Below are positions 29,651 through 39,111 of a stretch of DNA of 64,000 nucleotides, one piece after another. Positions within the stretch are counted from its first letter, which is position 1; every line of letters begins with the position of its first letter. The notes beneath the pieces were generated by a model. That model did no database searches. It was given only the letters and a program-made list of their open reading frames with translations, and had not been told where the DNA came from. The DNA comes from Candidatus Latescibacterota bacterium (GTDB taxonomy: Bacteria > Latescibacterota > UBA2968 > UBA8231), in the NCBI GenBank assembly GCA_965217585.1, contig OZ244561.1, forward strand, positions 4,544,001-4,608,000, given 5' to 3'. A program made the position numbers and the translations under genes.

Positions 29651-30044
29651 GGATTTAAAGGGTTATACATCGACTACATCCCACGAAAGGCACGCTTTCA
29701 AACCCGGCCTCGATCCGACGCTATCTAGAGGGGGAGGGCTGTCGGCGGTGCCCCAGTTCGATTTCGCCGCCGGACCTGCCTTGTCTTTCGCTTCCGCCTC
29801 CGGCCATACGGCTTGGTGTGCCCTGAAGGATCCCCAAGTACCGGGTTGACCCCGATAGGTGCCGACGGGCAACTAAACCGTACGTACTACGAGCCCTGTC
29901 GAGGAACCTGCAAACGATCTTCAGGGAACTTGCCCGACCCTTGCCTGCGCTTAGTGCCTTGACAGGGAATAAATGCCTATGTTATCTTGCGCCTAGTTGG
30001 ACCCACCTAGCCCATACATAGCGCATAATTTAAGGAGGAGAGGA

Positions 30045-30722
30045 ATGTCTGACCACAATAAGCAGGGTAACAGCGATGATAAGCCTACCTTGCTAAAGGC
30101 AGTGGAACTCGTACTAGCCGATCCTGCGGAAATAAGAAGAGAGGCTATTGTCCTCAAGCAGCAATATCAGCGACGATTTTCCGACTCAAATTCGGATGAC
30201 GAAATCAACACCTTGGTGGCTGACAAAATCATATCCAACTATTCCTACTATGCTGCTTTTGTCGGAGGCACTACTGCGCTGACAGGTGTGGTGCCTGGAT
30301 TAGGAACAGCGATAGCAACTTTTGGTGGAGCAACCGCTGATGCTGCTTTATCTATGAAATATCAGATCGAAATGACAATGGCTCTTGCTACTGTTTATGA
30401 CCATAACATCGAAATTGAGGAAGAGAAAAGACTTTGCTTCATCGTAGCGGGTCTAGGAGCAATTAATGAGGCAGCTAAAAAAGGCGGCAAAGCTGTAGGG
30501 ACAAAGGCTTTCGTCAAAATGACTCAGCAATATTTGAGAGGCGCAACCTTGCAGGCAGTAAAAGAAATCTTCAAAAAGGTCGGTGTTACATTCACGCGAA
30601 AAGCTGTTGAAAAATCAATTCCTTTTGGAATTGGAGTGATTATAAGCTTTTCGGCCAACAAGGGGCTCACTTGGTATGTGGGTAACAAAGCTAAGAATTT
30701 CTTTGCTATATACGATTCCTAG
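30045..30722 (+). CDS. EcsC/DUF697-like protein
   Basis: AGGAGGAG RBS; GGTTALTGVVPGLG...KSIPFGIGVII; AT-rich. Confidence 0.7.
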   Translation: MSDHNKQGNSDDKPTLLKAVELVLADPAEIRREAIVLKQQYQRRFSDSNSDDEINTLVADKIISNYSYYAAFVGGTTALTGVVPGLGTAIATFGGATADAALSMKYQIEMTMALATVYDHNIEIEEEKRLCFIVAGLGAINEAAKKGGKAVGTKAFVKMTQQYLRGATLQAVKEIFKKVGVTFTRKAVEKSIPFGIGVIISFSANKGLTWYVGNKAKNFFAIYDS

Positions 30723-30780
30723 TGCAGGGACGGGACTCGCACGTCAATGGGGCCGCACTACGGGCCGGTGGAGTGAGCCT
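30717..30780 (+). repeat. AKR 3'-end repeat, copy 2
   Basis: Matches 28422-28487; core 39 bp identical except G5 to G4. Confidence 0.95.
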
Positions 30781-30806
30781 TACCGATTGTTCAAACTGTT
30801 AAAGCT

Positions 30807-31133
30807 CTATAGCTCGGCGAAATCCAATCTGATCCGAAATCCCAAGGCCGATACAATGGCCATCAGATTGTCTATCTTCGGCTTACTGCGACTTGAAAGC
30901 ACGCGGTAGAGATGTTCGCGGTTGAGGCCAGAGCGCTCTGCCAATGCCCCAACGCCCCCTTGTGCTTGGGCGACATCGCGCAGGGCCAATAGCAGCCCAT
31001 CGATCTCGCCGCTTGCTTCACACTCATCTAGCGCGACTTCCAAGTAGGCCCGAGCTTCTTCGGGGTCTTTGAGTGCTTTTAGCAGCCCTTCGTCGTAGCT
31101 GACCGTGCGTTTCAAAACATGTTTCTCATTCAT
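30807..31133 (-). CDS. Addiction-module antidote (HigA-like HTH antitoxin)
   Basis: LLLALRDVAQAQGG...GLNREHLYRVLS...PK. Confidence 0.9.
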   Translation of the reverse strand: MNEKHVLKRTVSYDEGLLKALKDPEEARAYLEVALDECEASGEIDGLLLALRDVAQAQGGVGALAERSGLNREHLYRVLSSRSKPKIDNLMAIVSALGFRIRLDFAEL

Positions 31134-31464
31134 CGCTATAGCTCCTCAAGTCCTGCCAATATGCTTTGGCGCGTTCAATGTCGCGGCGTTGTGATCGTTT
31201 AGTACCGCCGCAGAGCAAAATTACAATCGTCCTTCCTATTTCTCCATAATACACGCGATACCCCGGACCATAGTGGATTCTCAGTTCAAACACACCTCCA
31301 CCTAGAGATTCGGCATCGCCCATGTTTCCCTGTCGCACACGATTAATTCGGTTGCGGACGATCGCTCGTGCTTTTCTATCTTTGAGAGACTCCAACCAAT
31401 CATCAAAAGGCACGTTTCCTTGTGGGGAAACGTAATTGCGCAACGTCCTAGGAGACATGTTCAT
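31126..31464 (-). CDS. RelE/HigB-family toxin (addiction-module killer)
   Basis: GNMGD...GVFELRIHYGPGYRVYY...LLCGGTKRSQRRDI. Confidence 0.92.
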   Translation of the reverse strand: MNMSPRTLRNYVSPQGNVPFDDWLESLKDRKARAIVRNRINRVRQGNMGDAESLGGGVFELRIHYGPGYRVYYGEIGRTIVILLCGGTKRSQRRDIERAKAYWQDLRSYSDE

Positions 31465-31472
31465 ATGCAGAA

Positions 31473-31490
31473 TGTAGCGTACGCGCTACA
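31473..31490. promoter_or_regulatory. Probable HigBA operator TGTAGCG-TACG-CGCTACA
   Basis: Inverted repeat immediately upstream of the toxin start. Confidence 0.65.
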
Positions 31491-31515
31491 AGAAGTAAAC
31501 TAAAGGTGTGGCGTT

Positions 31516-31559
31516 TGGCCCGTCAATGGGGCCGCACTACGGACCGGTGGAGTGATCCT
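31516..31559 (+). repeat. AKR 3'-end repeat, copy 3
   Basis: TGGCCCGTCAATGGGGCCGCACTACGGACCGGTGGAGTGATCCT; same G5 to G4 change as copy 2. Confidence 0.92.
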
Positions 31560-33107
31560 TTATCCTTGAGGAGGCGACATATTAACAACGGTAGCGTCTC
31601 CATAAGTGGATTGCACGACACGTTCCATAGAATCGATTTCCTCATCCGCCAGATGGTTAAAGTGGCTTGCACGTCTTCGTGCGGACAGTCGGCCGTTGTT
31701 TTGGAGGCAAAAACGAATGAAGAGGTCAATCTGTCGGTCGGGCATATCTACGATGTCTTGGATAGCTTGTTTGGTCGCATCGTAGTTGGCCAGGAAGGCC
31801 AGTTCGCGGGCGAGTTCGGTATCGATGGTCTGATCGATGAAGCGAAAAAGTGCCTCCGCTTGGGGGGTCATGTCGATATAGCGGTACCATGTAGCGGTAT
31901 CGTTGTGCACAGTCAAGCGTCCATCTTGGTCGAGTGTGTATTCCACCAAGGGCATTAGCTGTCGGGAGAACGCATTTAGGGAAGCGTCATAGTCGGCTGG
32001 ATTTTTTAGCATGACTGCCGATATGGGAAACATAACGCTTTCGGGTGTAAAGCCGCGGCGAGCGAGAATATTGTGGATCAAGAAGCGGTGGATTCGGCCA
32101 TTGCCGTCCTCAAATGGGTGCAGAAAGACGAATCCATAGGCGATGGCGGCAGCTTGAATCACAGGTGGGACAACACCGGCTTCCATGCGTTTGTGAGCAG
32201 CTACCAAGCCTTCCATCAGGCCAGCTAAATCGTCGGGCTTTGGGGCCACAAAGTGGATATGTTCTTTCTGCCAAGCCACGCTTTGTCCGACGTAGTTTTG
32301 GGTAATTCGATAGTCGGCATCGCGGAAGCGGGCATCAACGATGCGGTTCTGTAAATCAATTAACCGCGATTTTCGACAAAAGTCCTCCTGCTCGGCCAGT
32401 TGGAGCAGTGCTACGAAGCGTTCGGTTCGGGTTGAGGTGGGGGTGATGTGTTCAATTGCAAAGGACGATTTCGTTTCCTTGGTGTACAGGTAGCTGAGCG
32501 CGTGCTTTAACAATTCTGGCGCATAACGAGACACCACTTGCCGGCATCTCGTATGCAACTCGTCCGTCCCAAAGTTTCGCAGAATATCGGTACGACGGAT
32601 TGTTGGACAGAATCGGCGTTCACCAAGCAGGTTGTCATTGACCCGTTGACGGCGAATTTGTCGAGCCGGCACAACCGTATAATAGGCATCCGGTTCGAGG
32701 AGATCGATGTAGTTCCCTCGCTTCAAGTCATCTAGCGGGAGGATCTTCCCGGTCAGGAACTCATAGAGAAACCACAAGCGCCTGACATACTTACCGGTCG
32801 GTTTCGAGCGGACATAGTCGAGCAAATCGTCCTCTGATGCTTTCTGGAACAAGCTGGCGAGAATTGCGAGATTCGTCCCGTCATACTTGAGAGCAAATTC
32901 CAGATGGTCGCCCAGTGTCTCCCCAGGCCAGTACTTGGGTGGGTAAACTTCTTTGATGATGCCTGTGCGAGAATCGATCCGGTGGATTCCGCTGGTGGCC
33001 ACCAAGGATGTATGCCAATTCGGGATGACGTCGAGTTCGTACTGCTCAATCAGTGCTGCGTACCCCGCGAGCTTGTATAGCGATGGATCTCGATCGTGTT
33101 TAGCCAT
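31560..33107 (-). CDS. Fic family protein
   Basis: HPFEDGNGRIHR Fic motif. Confidence 0.93.
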   Translation of the reverse strand: MAKHDRDPSLYKLAGYAALIEQYELDVIPNWHTSLVATSGIHRIDSRTGIIKEVYPPKYWPGETLGDHLEFALKYDGTNLAILASLFQKASEDDLLDYVRSKPTGKYVRRLWFLYEFLTGKILPLDDLKRGNYIDLLEPDAYYTVVPARQIRRQRVNDNLLGERRFCPTIRRTDILRNFGTDELHTRCRQVVSRYAPELLKHALSYLYTKETKSSFAIEHITPTSTRTERFVALLQLAEQEDFCRKSRLIDLQNRIVDARFRDADYRITQNYVGQSVAWQKEHIHFVAPKPDDLAGLMEGLVAAHKRMEAGVVPPVIQAAAIAYGFVFLHPFEDGNGRIHRFLIHNILARRGFTPESVMFPISAVMLKNPADYDASLNAFSRQLMPLVEYTLDQDGRLTVHNDTATWYRYIDMTPQAEALFRFIDQTIDTELARELAFLANYDATKQAIQDIVDMPDRQIDLFIRFCLQNNGRLSARRRASHFNHLADEEIDSMERVVQSTYGDATVVNMSPPQG

Positions 33108-33177
33108 AAGGCGTTCCAGAAAAATGATTACTAAATGAGAATTATGGTTATTTTTTGGCAAATAGCAAAAAAAACAG

Positions 33178-34068
33178 TTACGTCCTATCCATATCGTTTC
33201 CCCTTTGCTGGTAGAGCAAGCCGGCGACGATGAGCACTAGTCCCGCTAGGGTCGCCCAGCGGATCGCCTCTCCCAGCGCGAAGTGAATCAGCACTAGGGA
33301 GCAGAACGGGGAAATGAAGATTAGGTTGCCGACTCTGGAGGTGTTTTCCGCGTAGCGCAGCGCCCACTGCCAGAGGACATACGCGATCCCCATTTCGAAG
33401 AGGCCGATGTAAGCCGCCCCCAACAAACCCGGCCAAGCAGGTGCCCGCCACTGTCCCATCAGCAGAACGCAGCCGAGCGCCAGCGGCAGCGATAGAGCGA
33501 AATTGAGGAAGAGCCGCACCACGGGATCGCGCTCGTCGCGGGTGTTGTAGATCCAATAGAAGGCCCATACCACTGTGCTGCCCAGCGCCAAGGCCACCCC
33601 GAGCGGATCGGAAAAGCGCAAGGTCCAGATTTCGCCGCGAGTGGAGATGACCAGTACGCCCGCATAACAAATCAAGCCTGCGGCCAGATCGCGTCGGCCG
33701 ATTCGCTGTCCCAAGAGCGGGATCGAGAGCCAAGTCAGGGTGAGCGCCCAAGTATAATTGAGTGCCTGCGCCTCTTGGGCGGGCAGCAACTGGTAGGCTT
33801 TGAAGAGGATCAGATAATAGAGCAGGGGATTTAACGCCCCCAGCGCCAGCGAGCGAGCGTAGTCAGTCGGCCGGCTCTTGAGCACTTGTCCCATCTTCCC
33901 CTGCGCGACGAGTAGCACCCCCAGTACCCCGGTCGAAGCGCAGCTAGCCCAGAATAGCAGCTCGGCGTAGTCCATATAGCGGAGGGTGATCTTGAACGCC
34001 GACGCCACGGTGGACCACAACAACACCGCGGCCAATCCGCAGAGATAAGCCCTTTTTCGATTGTGCAT
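33178..34068 (-). CDS. EamA/DMT family transporter
   Basis: WSTVASAFK, AQEAQALNYTW; multiple TM segments. Confidence 0.9.
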   Translation of the reverse strand: MHNRKRAYLCGLAAVLLWSTVASAFKITLRYMDYAELLFWASCASTGVLGVLLVAQGKMGQVLKSRPTDYARSLALGALNPLLYYLILFKAYQLLPAQEAQALNYTWALTLTWLSIPLLGQRIGRRDLAAGLICYAGVLVISTRGEIWTLRFSDPLGVALALGSTVVWAFYWIYNTRDERDPVVRLFLNFALSLPLALGCVLLMGQWRAPAWPGLLGAAYIGLFEMGIAYVLWQWALRYAENTSRVGNLIFISPFCSLVLIHFALGEAIRWATLAGLVLIVAGLLYQQRGNDMDRT

Positions 34069-34151
34069 GAGAAAAATGTATCCGCAGATGAACGCAGATG
34101 AACGCAGAGGCGGGGAATGTTAAGACGGCCTCTATGGCAACCGCCACCCCG

Positions 34152-35537
34152 CTAAAACTGCGTAACCTGCTTGGGGCCAATATCTACGACTTGGGCCAGC
34201 GCGTCGAAGTTCTGTTTCAGCAGCGCGAAGCGCACCTCTGCGTAGGTGGGATCGTCCCAGCGGTTGTCGAACTCGCCTGGGTCTTCCTCTAGGTCAAATA
34301 GCTCTCCCAAGGCGCGGTCGTGGTAGCAGACTAGTTTGTAGCGCTGGTCGCGGATCATCGTGCCGTAGGTGCCTTGGAGATGCTCCCGACCCGGCGCGTC
34401 GGGGTTTAGGGCACGGTAGTACTCGCTGCGGACGTAGGCGCGGTGCGTCTGGGTTTGGCCGGTTAGCAGCGGCCACAGCGAGCGCCCCTGCATCCTCTCG
34501 GGCGCGGCGACCCCAGCTAGTTCCAGCAAGGTCGGGGCAATGTCCATCAGTTCGACCAGCGCATCGCAGACGCTCCCTTCGCGCACGTGCCCCGGCCAAG
34601 AGCAGACCAATGGCACCCGCACCAAGCACTCGTAAAATCGGCACCCCTTGCCCACGAGCTGGTGATCGCCCAACAGTTCGCCGTGATCCGACGTGAAAAT
34701 CACTAGGGTATTGTCGCGCTGGCCGCTTTCTTCTAAGGCTTGGATCATGCGTCCCACATTGTCGTCGATCAATTCGATCATCGCGTAGTACGCTGCCATA
34801 ACTTCCTTGGCCCGAGCTAAGTCAATGGACGCGGCTCCGTCCACCGGCCCGAGTTTCGCATGGGCTTCGAGGTCCTTTTCGCTCCACAGCGGATCGGGCA
34901 GTGTCGCTGGATCGTAGCGGTCCAAGTACTCTTGCGGCGGGTCGAAGGGCGCGTGCGGGTCGAACATGTTGACGCTCATCAGCCAAGGCGTGGTGCGTTC
35001 CTCGCGCATAAATTCGATGGTCTTGTCCGCACACCAAGTCGTCTGATGCAGCGCGGGCGGTAGCTGGGCTGGATCCTCGCGCAGCTTGGCTAATGTGCGG
35101 TCCTGGGCGCGGACCCAATCCGCGTACGCGTGGCCTTCGGGCCACTGGTCGCGCGAGTCGTGGCTCCAGTGGAAGACGCGATAGCCGTCGTCGCCGCGCG
35201 GCTCGATCCGACCGTGGGCACCGGCTAGGTGCAGCTTGCCGGCCAATCCGCAGTCGTAGGACGCGGCGTCGGTTAGCAGCTTGGTGATCAGGGGAGCCGC
35301 GCCCGACCAGTGGGCATTGCCATTGGTGCAGCCGTGGACGCTGCTCGGGTACATGCCGGTGAGGAAACTGGCGCGACTGGGGGTGCAGATCGGGCTTTGG
35401 CAGAAGGTGTGGGTAAACGCGGTGCCCTCGCCGACTAGGCGGTCGATGTGCGGGGTGCGGATGTGCTCGTTGCCCAACGCGCTAATTGTATCGTAGCGCT
35501 GCTGATCGGTGCAGATCCAGAGAATGTTCGGACGCAT
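34152..35537 (-). CDS. Sulfatase
   Basis: RPNILWICTDQQR, CTPSRAS, GKLH, SDHGE. Confidence 0.95.
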   Translation of the reverse strand: MRPNILWICTDQQRYDTISALGNEHIRTPHIDRLVGEGTAFTHTFCQSPICTPSRASFLTGMYPSSVHGCTNGNAHWSGAAPLITKLLTDAASYDCGLAGKLHLAGAHGRIEPRGDDGYRVFHWSHDSRDQWPEGHAYADWVRAQDRTLAKLREDPAQLPPALHQTTWCADKTIEFMREERTTPWLMSVNMFDPHAPFDPPQEYLDRYDPATLPDPLWSEKDLEAHAKLGPVDGAASIDLARAKEVMAAYYAMIELIDDNVGRMIQALEESGQRDNTLVIFTSDHGELLGDHQLVGKGCRFYECLVRVPLVCSWPGHVREGSVCDALVELMDIAPTLLELAGVAAPERMQGRSLWPLLTGQTQTHRAYVRSEYYRALNPDAPGREHLQGTYGTMIRDQRYKLVCYHDRALGELFDLEEDPGEFDNRWDDPTYAEVRFALLKQNFDALAQVVDIGPKQVTQF

Positions 35538-35598
35538 GGTTGGGTCTTCCATCCTGTCTAGGCGTGGTTTCGTATATTTACCCTATTGACATTGCACC

Positions 35599-35626
35599 GT
35601 AGGGGCGACCGGCCGGTCGCCCCTAC
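35599..35626. repeat. GTAG-type REP palindrome
   Basis: Identical to 17522-17549. Confidence 0.9.
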
Positions 35627-35634
35627 CCTTACGT

Positions 35635-36630
35635 ATGATAAACTATCGCAACATCCTCCTCCTCGCCCTTGTCCTCGCTGGATCGGCCTTGGCCAACGAC
35701 GCCGAGGTCCGCGGCATCACCATCTCTACGCACGGCATCGGCCGCGACTGGGGGACCGACGCCATCGTGCCGACGCTAGAGGATATTCGCGCCGTCGGGG
35801 CCAACTGGGTGGCGATCCATCCCTACGCCAGAATCAGCGCCGACGGCACACTCCGGTGGTCGGAGATCGATCCGGCCGACCCGCCGGCCCATATCGTCCG
35901 CCCCATTCGCGAGGCCCACCGCTTGGGATTGCGCATCTATATCAAGCCCCATATTGCCTATTGGCGCTCGCCCTTCTCCTGGCGGGGCGAAATCGCCTTT
36001 GCCCGCGCCGAGGATTGGCAGCGGTTCTGGCGGGACTATCGGGAGTGGATCGCGCTGTTGGCTACCGTCTGCCGGGAGGCCGATGGCTTTGTCGTCGGCA
36101 CCGAACTCGACCGCATGTTGGCCTTTGAGGAGGAATGGCGTGCGCTCATCGCCGAGGTGCGCCAGCGCACCGACGCGCCCCTGACCTACGCGGCCAATTG
36201 GACCGACTACCGCCAAGTGCCCTTCTGGGACGCCCTCGACGTCATCGGCATCCAGGCCTATTTCCCCCTCACCGACGATCCTGCGTACGACGAGGAGGAT
36301 ATCCGCGCTGGCTGGGCGGAGCGGATGGGGGAACTGCGGGCCTTTAGCGAGCGACACAACCGCAACATCCTCTTCACCGAGCTGGGCTACAACCAGTCGC
36401 ACCAAGCGCCGCTCGCGCCGTGGACGTACCCGGTGGATGGCGAGGACGCGCTCCCCGTCCAGGTGGCTTGCATGCGCGCCGCGCTTGACGCCATCGCCGC
36501 TGAGCCGCGCGTCGTTGGTGCCTTGCTGTGGAAGTGGTTTCCGCATCCGCGCCCGGTCGGCCGCAACTTTCAGCTAGCGATTCCGCCGATCAAGCGCGTC
36601 ATTACCGAGGCATGGCTCAATCCGCGATAA
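35635..36630 (+). CDS. Secreted TIM-barrel glycoside hydrolase (GH113-like)
   Basis: Signal peptide; KPHI, VGTEL, LTYAANW, IGIQAYFPL, FTELGY. Confidence 0.8.
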   Translation: MINYRNILLLALVLAGSALANDAEVRGITISTHGIGRDWGTDAIVPTLEDIRAVGANWVAIHPYARISADGTLRWSEIDPADPPAHIVRPIREAHRLGLRIYIKPHIAYWRSPFSWRGEIAFARAEDWQRFWRDYREWIALLATVCREADGFVVGTELDRMLAFEEEWRALIAEVRQRTDAPLTYAANWTDYRQVPFWDALDVIGIQAYFPLTDDPAYDEEDIRAGWAERMGELRAFSERHNRNILFTELGYNQSHQAPLAPWTYPVDGEDALPVQVACMRAALDAIAAEPRVVGALLWKWFPHPRPVGRNFQLAIPPIKRVITEAWLNPR

Positions 36631-37612
36631 GCCCGGTCCCGCGCAGCAAGGTTTCCTGCACGAGGAGTTCGTGGTCGAGCGAGCGGTCTGGGTCGTGTTC
36701 GCCCTTGAGTACCCTTATAAGGGAAGCCAATTCGAGTTCGTAGAGCCCCTGCCGCGAAATTCCCGTAAAAGGCACCATCTGCTCGCCCTGTGCATAACCG
36801 TCGGCTGCCTCGGTCAGACAGAGCCGGATGGTGTGGCCCGGCTCAAAAGGCTCGAGCAAAATCGCGCTGCCGCGCTCTCCATAGACCTCAAAGCGCCGCG
36901 CCATCGGCTGCGGCTCCATCGCTGCAATATCGACCCAGGCCATGGCCCGCTCGTATTCAAAAACGCCGAGCGTATTGTCCTGAAACGCGGGCACGATTCC
37001 GGTGTCGTTGCGCAGGAAGGTCGTCACCTGCTCGGGCCGCCCCAGAATCCACACCACTTGATCGAGCATGTGCCCGGCTAAATCGTAGAAGATGCCGCCG
37101 TGGTGCCCGGCGGCGACTACGTCGCGCCCGGCCACGGTAATGTTGGTGGACATGTGGGCGCGCACCGAATAGACGTTGCCCAAAAACCCCGACCGCGCCC
37201 ACTCCGCGATCTGGCTGAAGCCGGGATGGTAGCGCAACATAAAGCCCATTTGCACTTGCAGGTCGGCGGCCCGCGCCTCTGCTACAACCCGCTGCCACTG
37301 TGCCCAGTCGTCCCCGGCTGGCTTGTCGTACCACACGTGCTTGCCGGCTTGGACGATGCGCTCGGTCTGGTCCAAGCTCTCGTCGTTGCGGCCCTCGGAG
37401 GCGACGGCGACAATAGAGCTATCGCCGAGTAGCTCCTCTTCGCTGTCCAAGAAGCGAACCTGCCGATAGGGTTCGTCGTCTGCAACTTGCCGGCGGCGCT
37501 CGGCGTCGGGTTCGTACAGGCCGACGACTTCGACTTCGGGGTTGTCGAGCATTGCCTTGAGTTTGCCAGCGGCGTGACCGTGCTTGGTGCCGTACTGCGC
37601 CATGCGGATCAT
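36617..37612 (-). CDS. Gfo/Idh/MocA family oxidoreductase
   Basis: GKHVWYDKPAG, MGFMLRYHP, DLAGHMLD. Confidence 0.88.
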   Translation of the reverse strand: MIRMAQYGTKHGHAAGKLKAMLDNPEVEVVGLYEPDAERRRQVADDEPYRQVRFLDSEEELLGDSSIVAVASEGRNDESLDQTERIVQAGKHVWYDKPAGDDWAQWQRVVAEARAADLQVQMGFMLRYHPGFSQIAEWARSGFLGNVYSVRAHMSTNITVAGRDVVAAGHHGGIFYDLAGHMLDQVVWILGRPEQVTTFLRNDTGIVPAFQDNTLGVFEYERAMAWVDIAAMEPQPMARRFEVYGERGSAILLEPFEPGHTIRLCLTEAADGYAQGEQMVPFTGISRQGLYELELASLIRVLKGEHDPDRSLDHELLVQETLLRGTGLIAD

Positions 37613-37698
37613 GGGATCTCCTTGCGTAAAAATGCGTTGTGATTGGGTTGGGGCGGGACTCGATTATAAGGTTTGTACGTTTCGGTCAGTGAGGCGAC

Positions 37699-37968
37699 TT
37701 ATGATACTTTGGCTTTCAAGGGAAACCTTTCCGGGTGCTCGATGGATTCTATGCTCAGATCTACATCCAAATCCGGCCAATAGAAGTGCCCGGGCGTTGG
37801 CTGCTCAACTTGGAGGATGTTCCCAATCGAAACCTCCTTGAACCAAGGAAAATCCTCATAAGAAAGGAAGAATTCCTGCTTACCGACGAGAAGCCATATC
37901 CCATGAGTCGATATATTGGTTACTTCAACGTCCGAAGCGATCTTGCCAAGCTGTTCTGAGTTCATCAT
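37699..37968 (-). CDS. DUF2442-like protein (orphan putative antitoxin)
   Basis: EVTNISTHGIWLL...FPWF...YWPDLDVDL; AT-rich; begins at the kduD stop. Confidence 0.75.
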   Translation of the reverse strand: MMNSEQLGKIASDVEVTNISTHGIWLLVGKQEFFLSYEDFPWFKEVSIGNILQVEQPTPGHFYWPDLDVDLSIESIEHPERFPLKAKVS

Positions 37969-38735
37969 CAGCGGCCCATCCACCCGCCATCGACGAGCAC
38001 GACGGCCCCATGCACGTAGTCGGCTGCTCGCGACGCCAGCCACACTACCGCGCCTTTTAAGTCGTCCGGCGTGCCCCACCGGCCCGCTGGAATCCGCACT
38101 AATAGCTGCTCGTTGCGCACCTTATCGTCGCGCAGGGCCTGATTGTTGTCGGTGGCGATATAGCCGGGGGCGATGGCATTGACGTTGACCCCGCGACCGG
38201 CCCATTCGTTGGCCAGCGCCATGGTCAACTGCCCGATCCCGCCCTTGGCCGCGGCATAGCCCGGCACGGTGATCCCGCCTTGGAAGGTCAGCACCGAAGC
38301 GGTGAAGACGATCTTGCCTCGGCCCCGGGATAGCATCTGCTTGCCGAATTCCCGCGCCAGCACGAACTGTGCGTTTAAGTTGACCTCGATGACGTGGTCC
38401 CAGTCTTCGTCTCCATGTTCCTCAGCCGGGGCGCGCCGAATCGTCCCGGCGTTGTTGATGAGGATGTCGATTGGGCCGACCTCGGTGTTGACCTGCTCGA
38501 CGAAGGCGCGGACCGCCGCCCGGTCGCTGAAATCGCAAGCGTATCCTTTGAAACGCTTGCCGCGGGCCGCAATGTCTTTGCCGACCTCGGAATCTGCTTC
38601 TAGCGAGGCACTGACGCCGACGATATCCGCGCCCGCCTCGGCCAATGCTTGCGCAAACCCGCGTCCGATGCCTCGACGGCACCCGGTGACCAGCGCCGTC
38701 TGGCCGTCGAGCTTAAAAAAATCCAAAATCCCCAT
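37968..38735 (-). CDS. kduD: SDR oxidoreductase, 2-dehydro-3-deoxy-D-gluconate 5-dehydrogenase-like
   Basis: TGCRRGIG, NNAGTIRR, FQGGITVPGYAAAK, RIPAGRWG, VDGGWMGR. Confidence 0.85.
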   Translation of the reverse strand: MGILDFFKLDGQTALVTGCRRGIGRGFAQALAEAGADIVGVSASLEADSEVGKDIAARGKRFKGYACDFSDRAAVRAFVEQVNTEVGPIDILINNAGTIRRAPAEEHGDEDWDHVIEVNLNAQFVLAREFGKQMLSRGRGKIVFTASVLTFQGGITVPGYAAAKGGIGQLTMALANEWAGRGVNVNAIAPGYIATDNNQALRDDKVRNEQLLVRIPAGRWGTPDDLKGAVVWLASRAADYVHGAVVLVDGGWMGR

Positions 38736-38736
38736 G

Positions 38737-39111
38737 CTATTCCCCTTGGTTCTGTCCTTGAAGAACGGTCAGTGCATCCCACGTCGCCGGAAATCCTCCG
38801 AAAGCGCTCATCTGCAACACGACCTCCTCAATCTCCGTCCTTGTGGATCCACAACCAAGGGCTCGGTCGATGTGAACAGCAAGTTGTTCCGGCCGGCCGA
38901 GAACCGTCAAGGCCGCGATCGTGCAGAGCAGACGGGTCTTGATGTCCAGCCCGTCCCGTCCGTACAGGTCATGCATCACGTGCTCCATCACGAGTCGCTC
39001 GAACTCGGGATGAAGTGTGCGCATCTTCTTGGCAGCGGCCTCTGCAGCGGCCTCTCCGAGCATCGTCGAGAGGACTCTGCGCCCTGCTTCGTAGCGTTCA
39101 CCTTCAGTCAT
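38737..39111 (-). CDS. Carboxymuconolactone decarboxylase family
   Basis: RDGLDIKTRLLCTIAAL...H...GFPA. Confidence 0.88.
   Translation of the reverse strand: MTEGERYEAGRRVLSTMLGEAAAEAAAKKMRTLHPEFERLVMEHVMHDLYGRDGLDIKTRLLCTIAALTVLGRPEQLAVHIDRALGCGSTRTEIEEVVLQMSAFGGFPATWDALTVLQGQNQGE

Noticed and set aside
28422-31559. AKR-end repeats as a CRISPR array or integron attC sites
   Set aside because: Spacing is 0.7-2.3 kb, the repeats are coding-sequence copies without attC-type inverted structure, and no cas or intI gene is present
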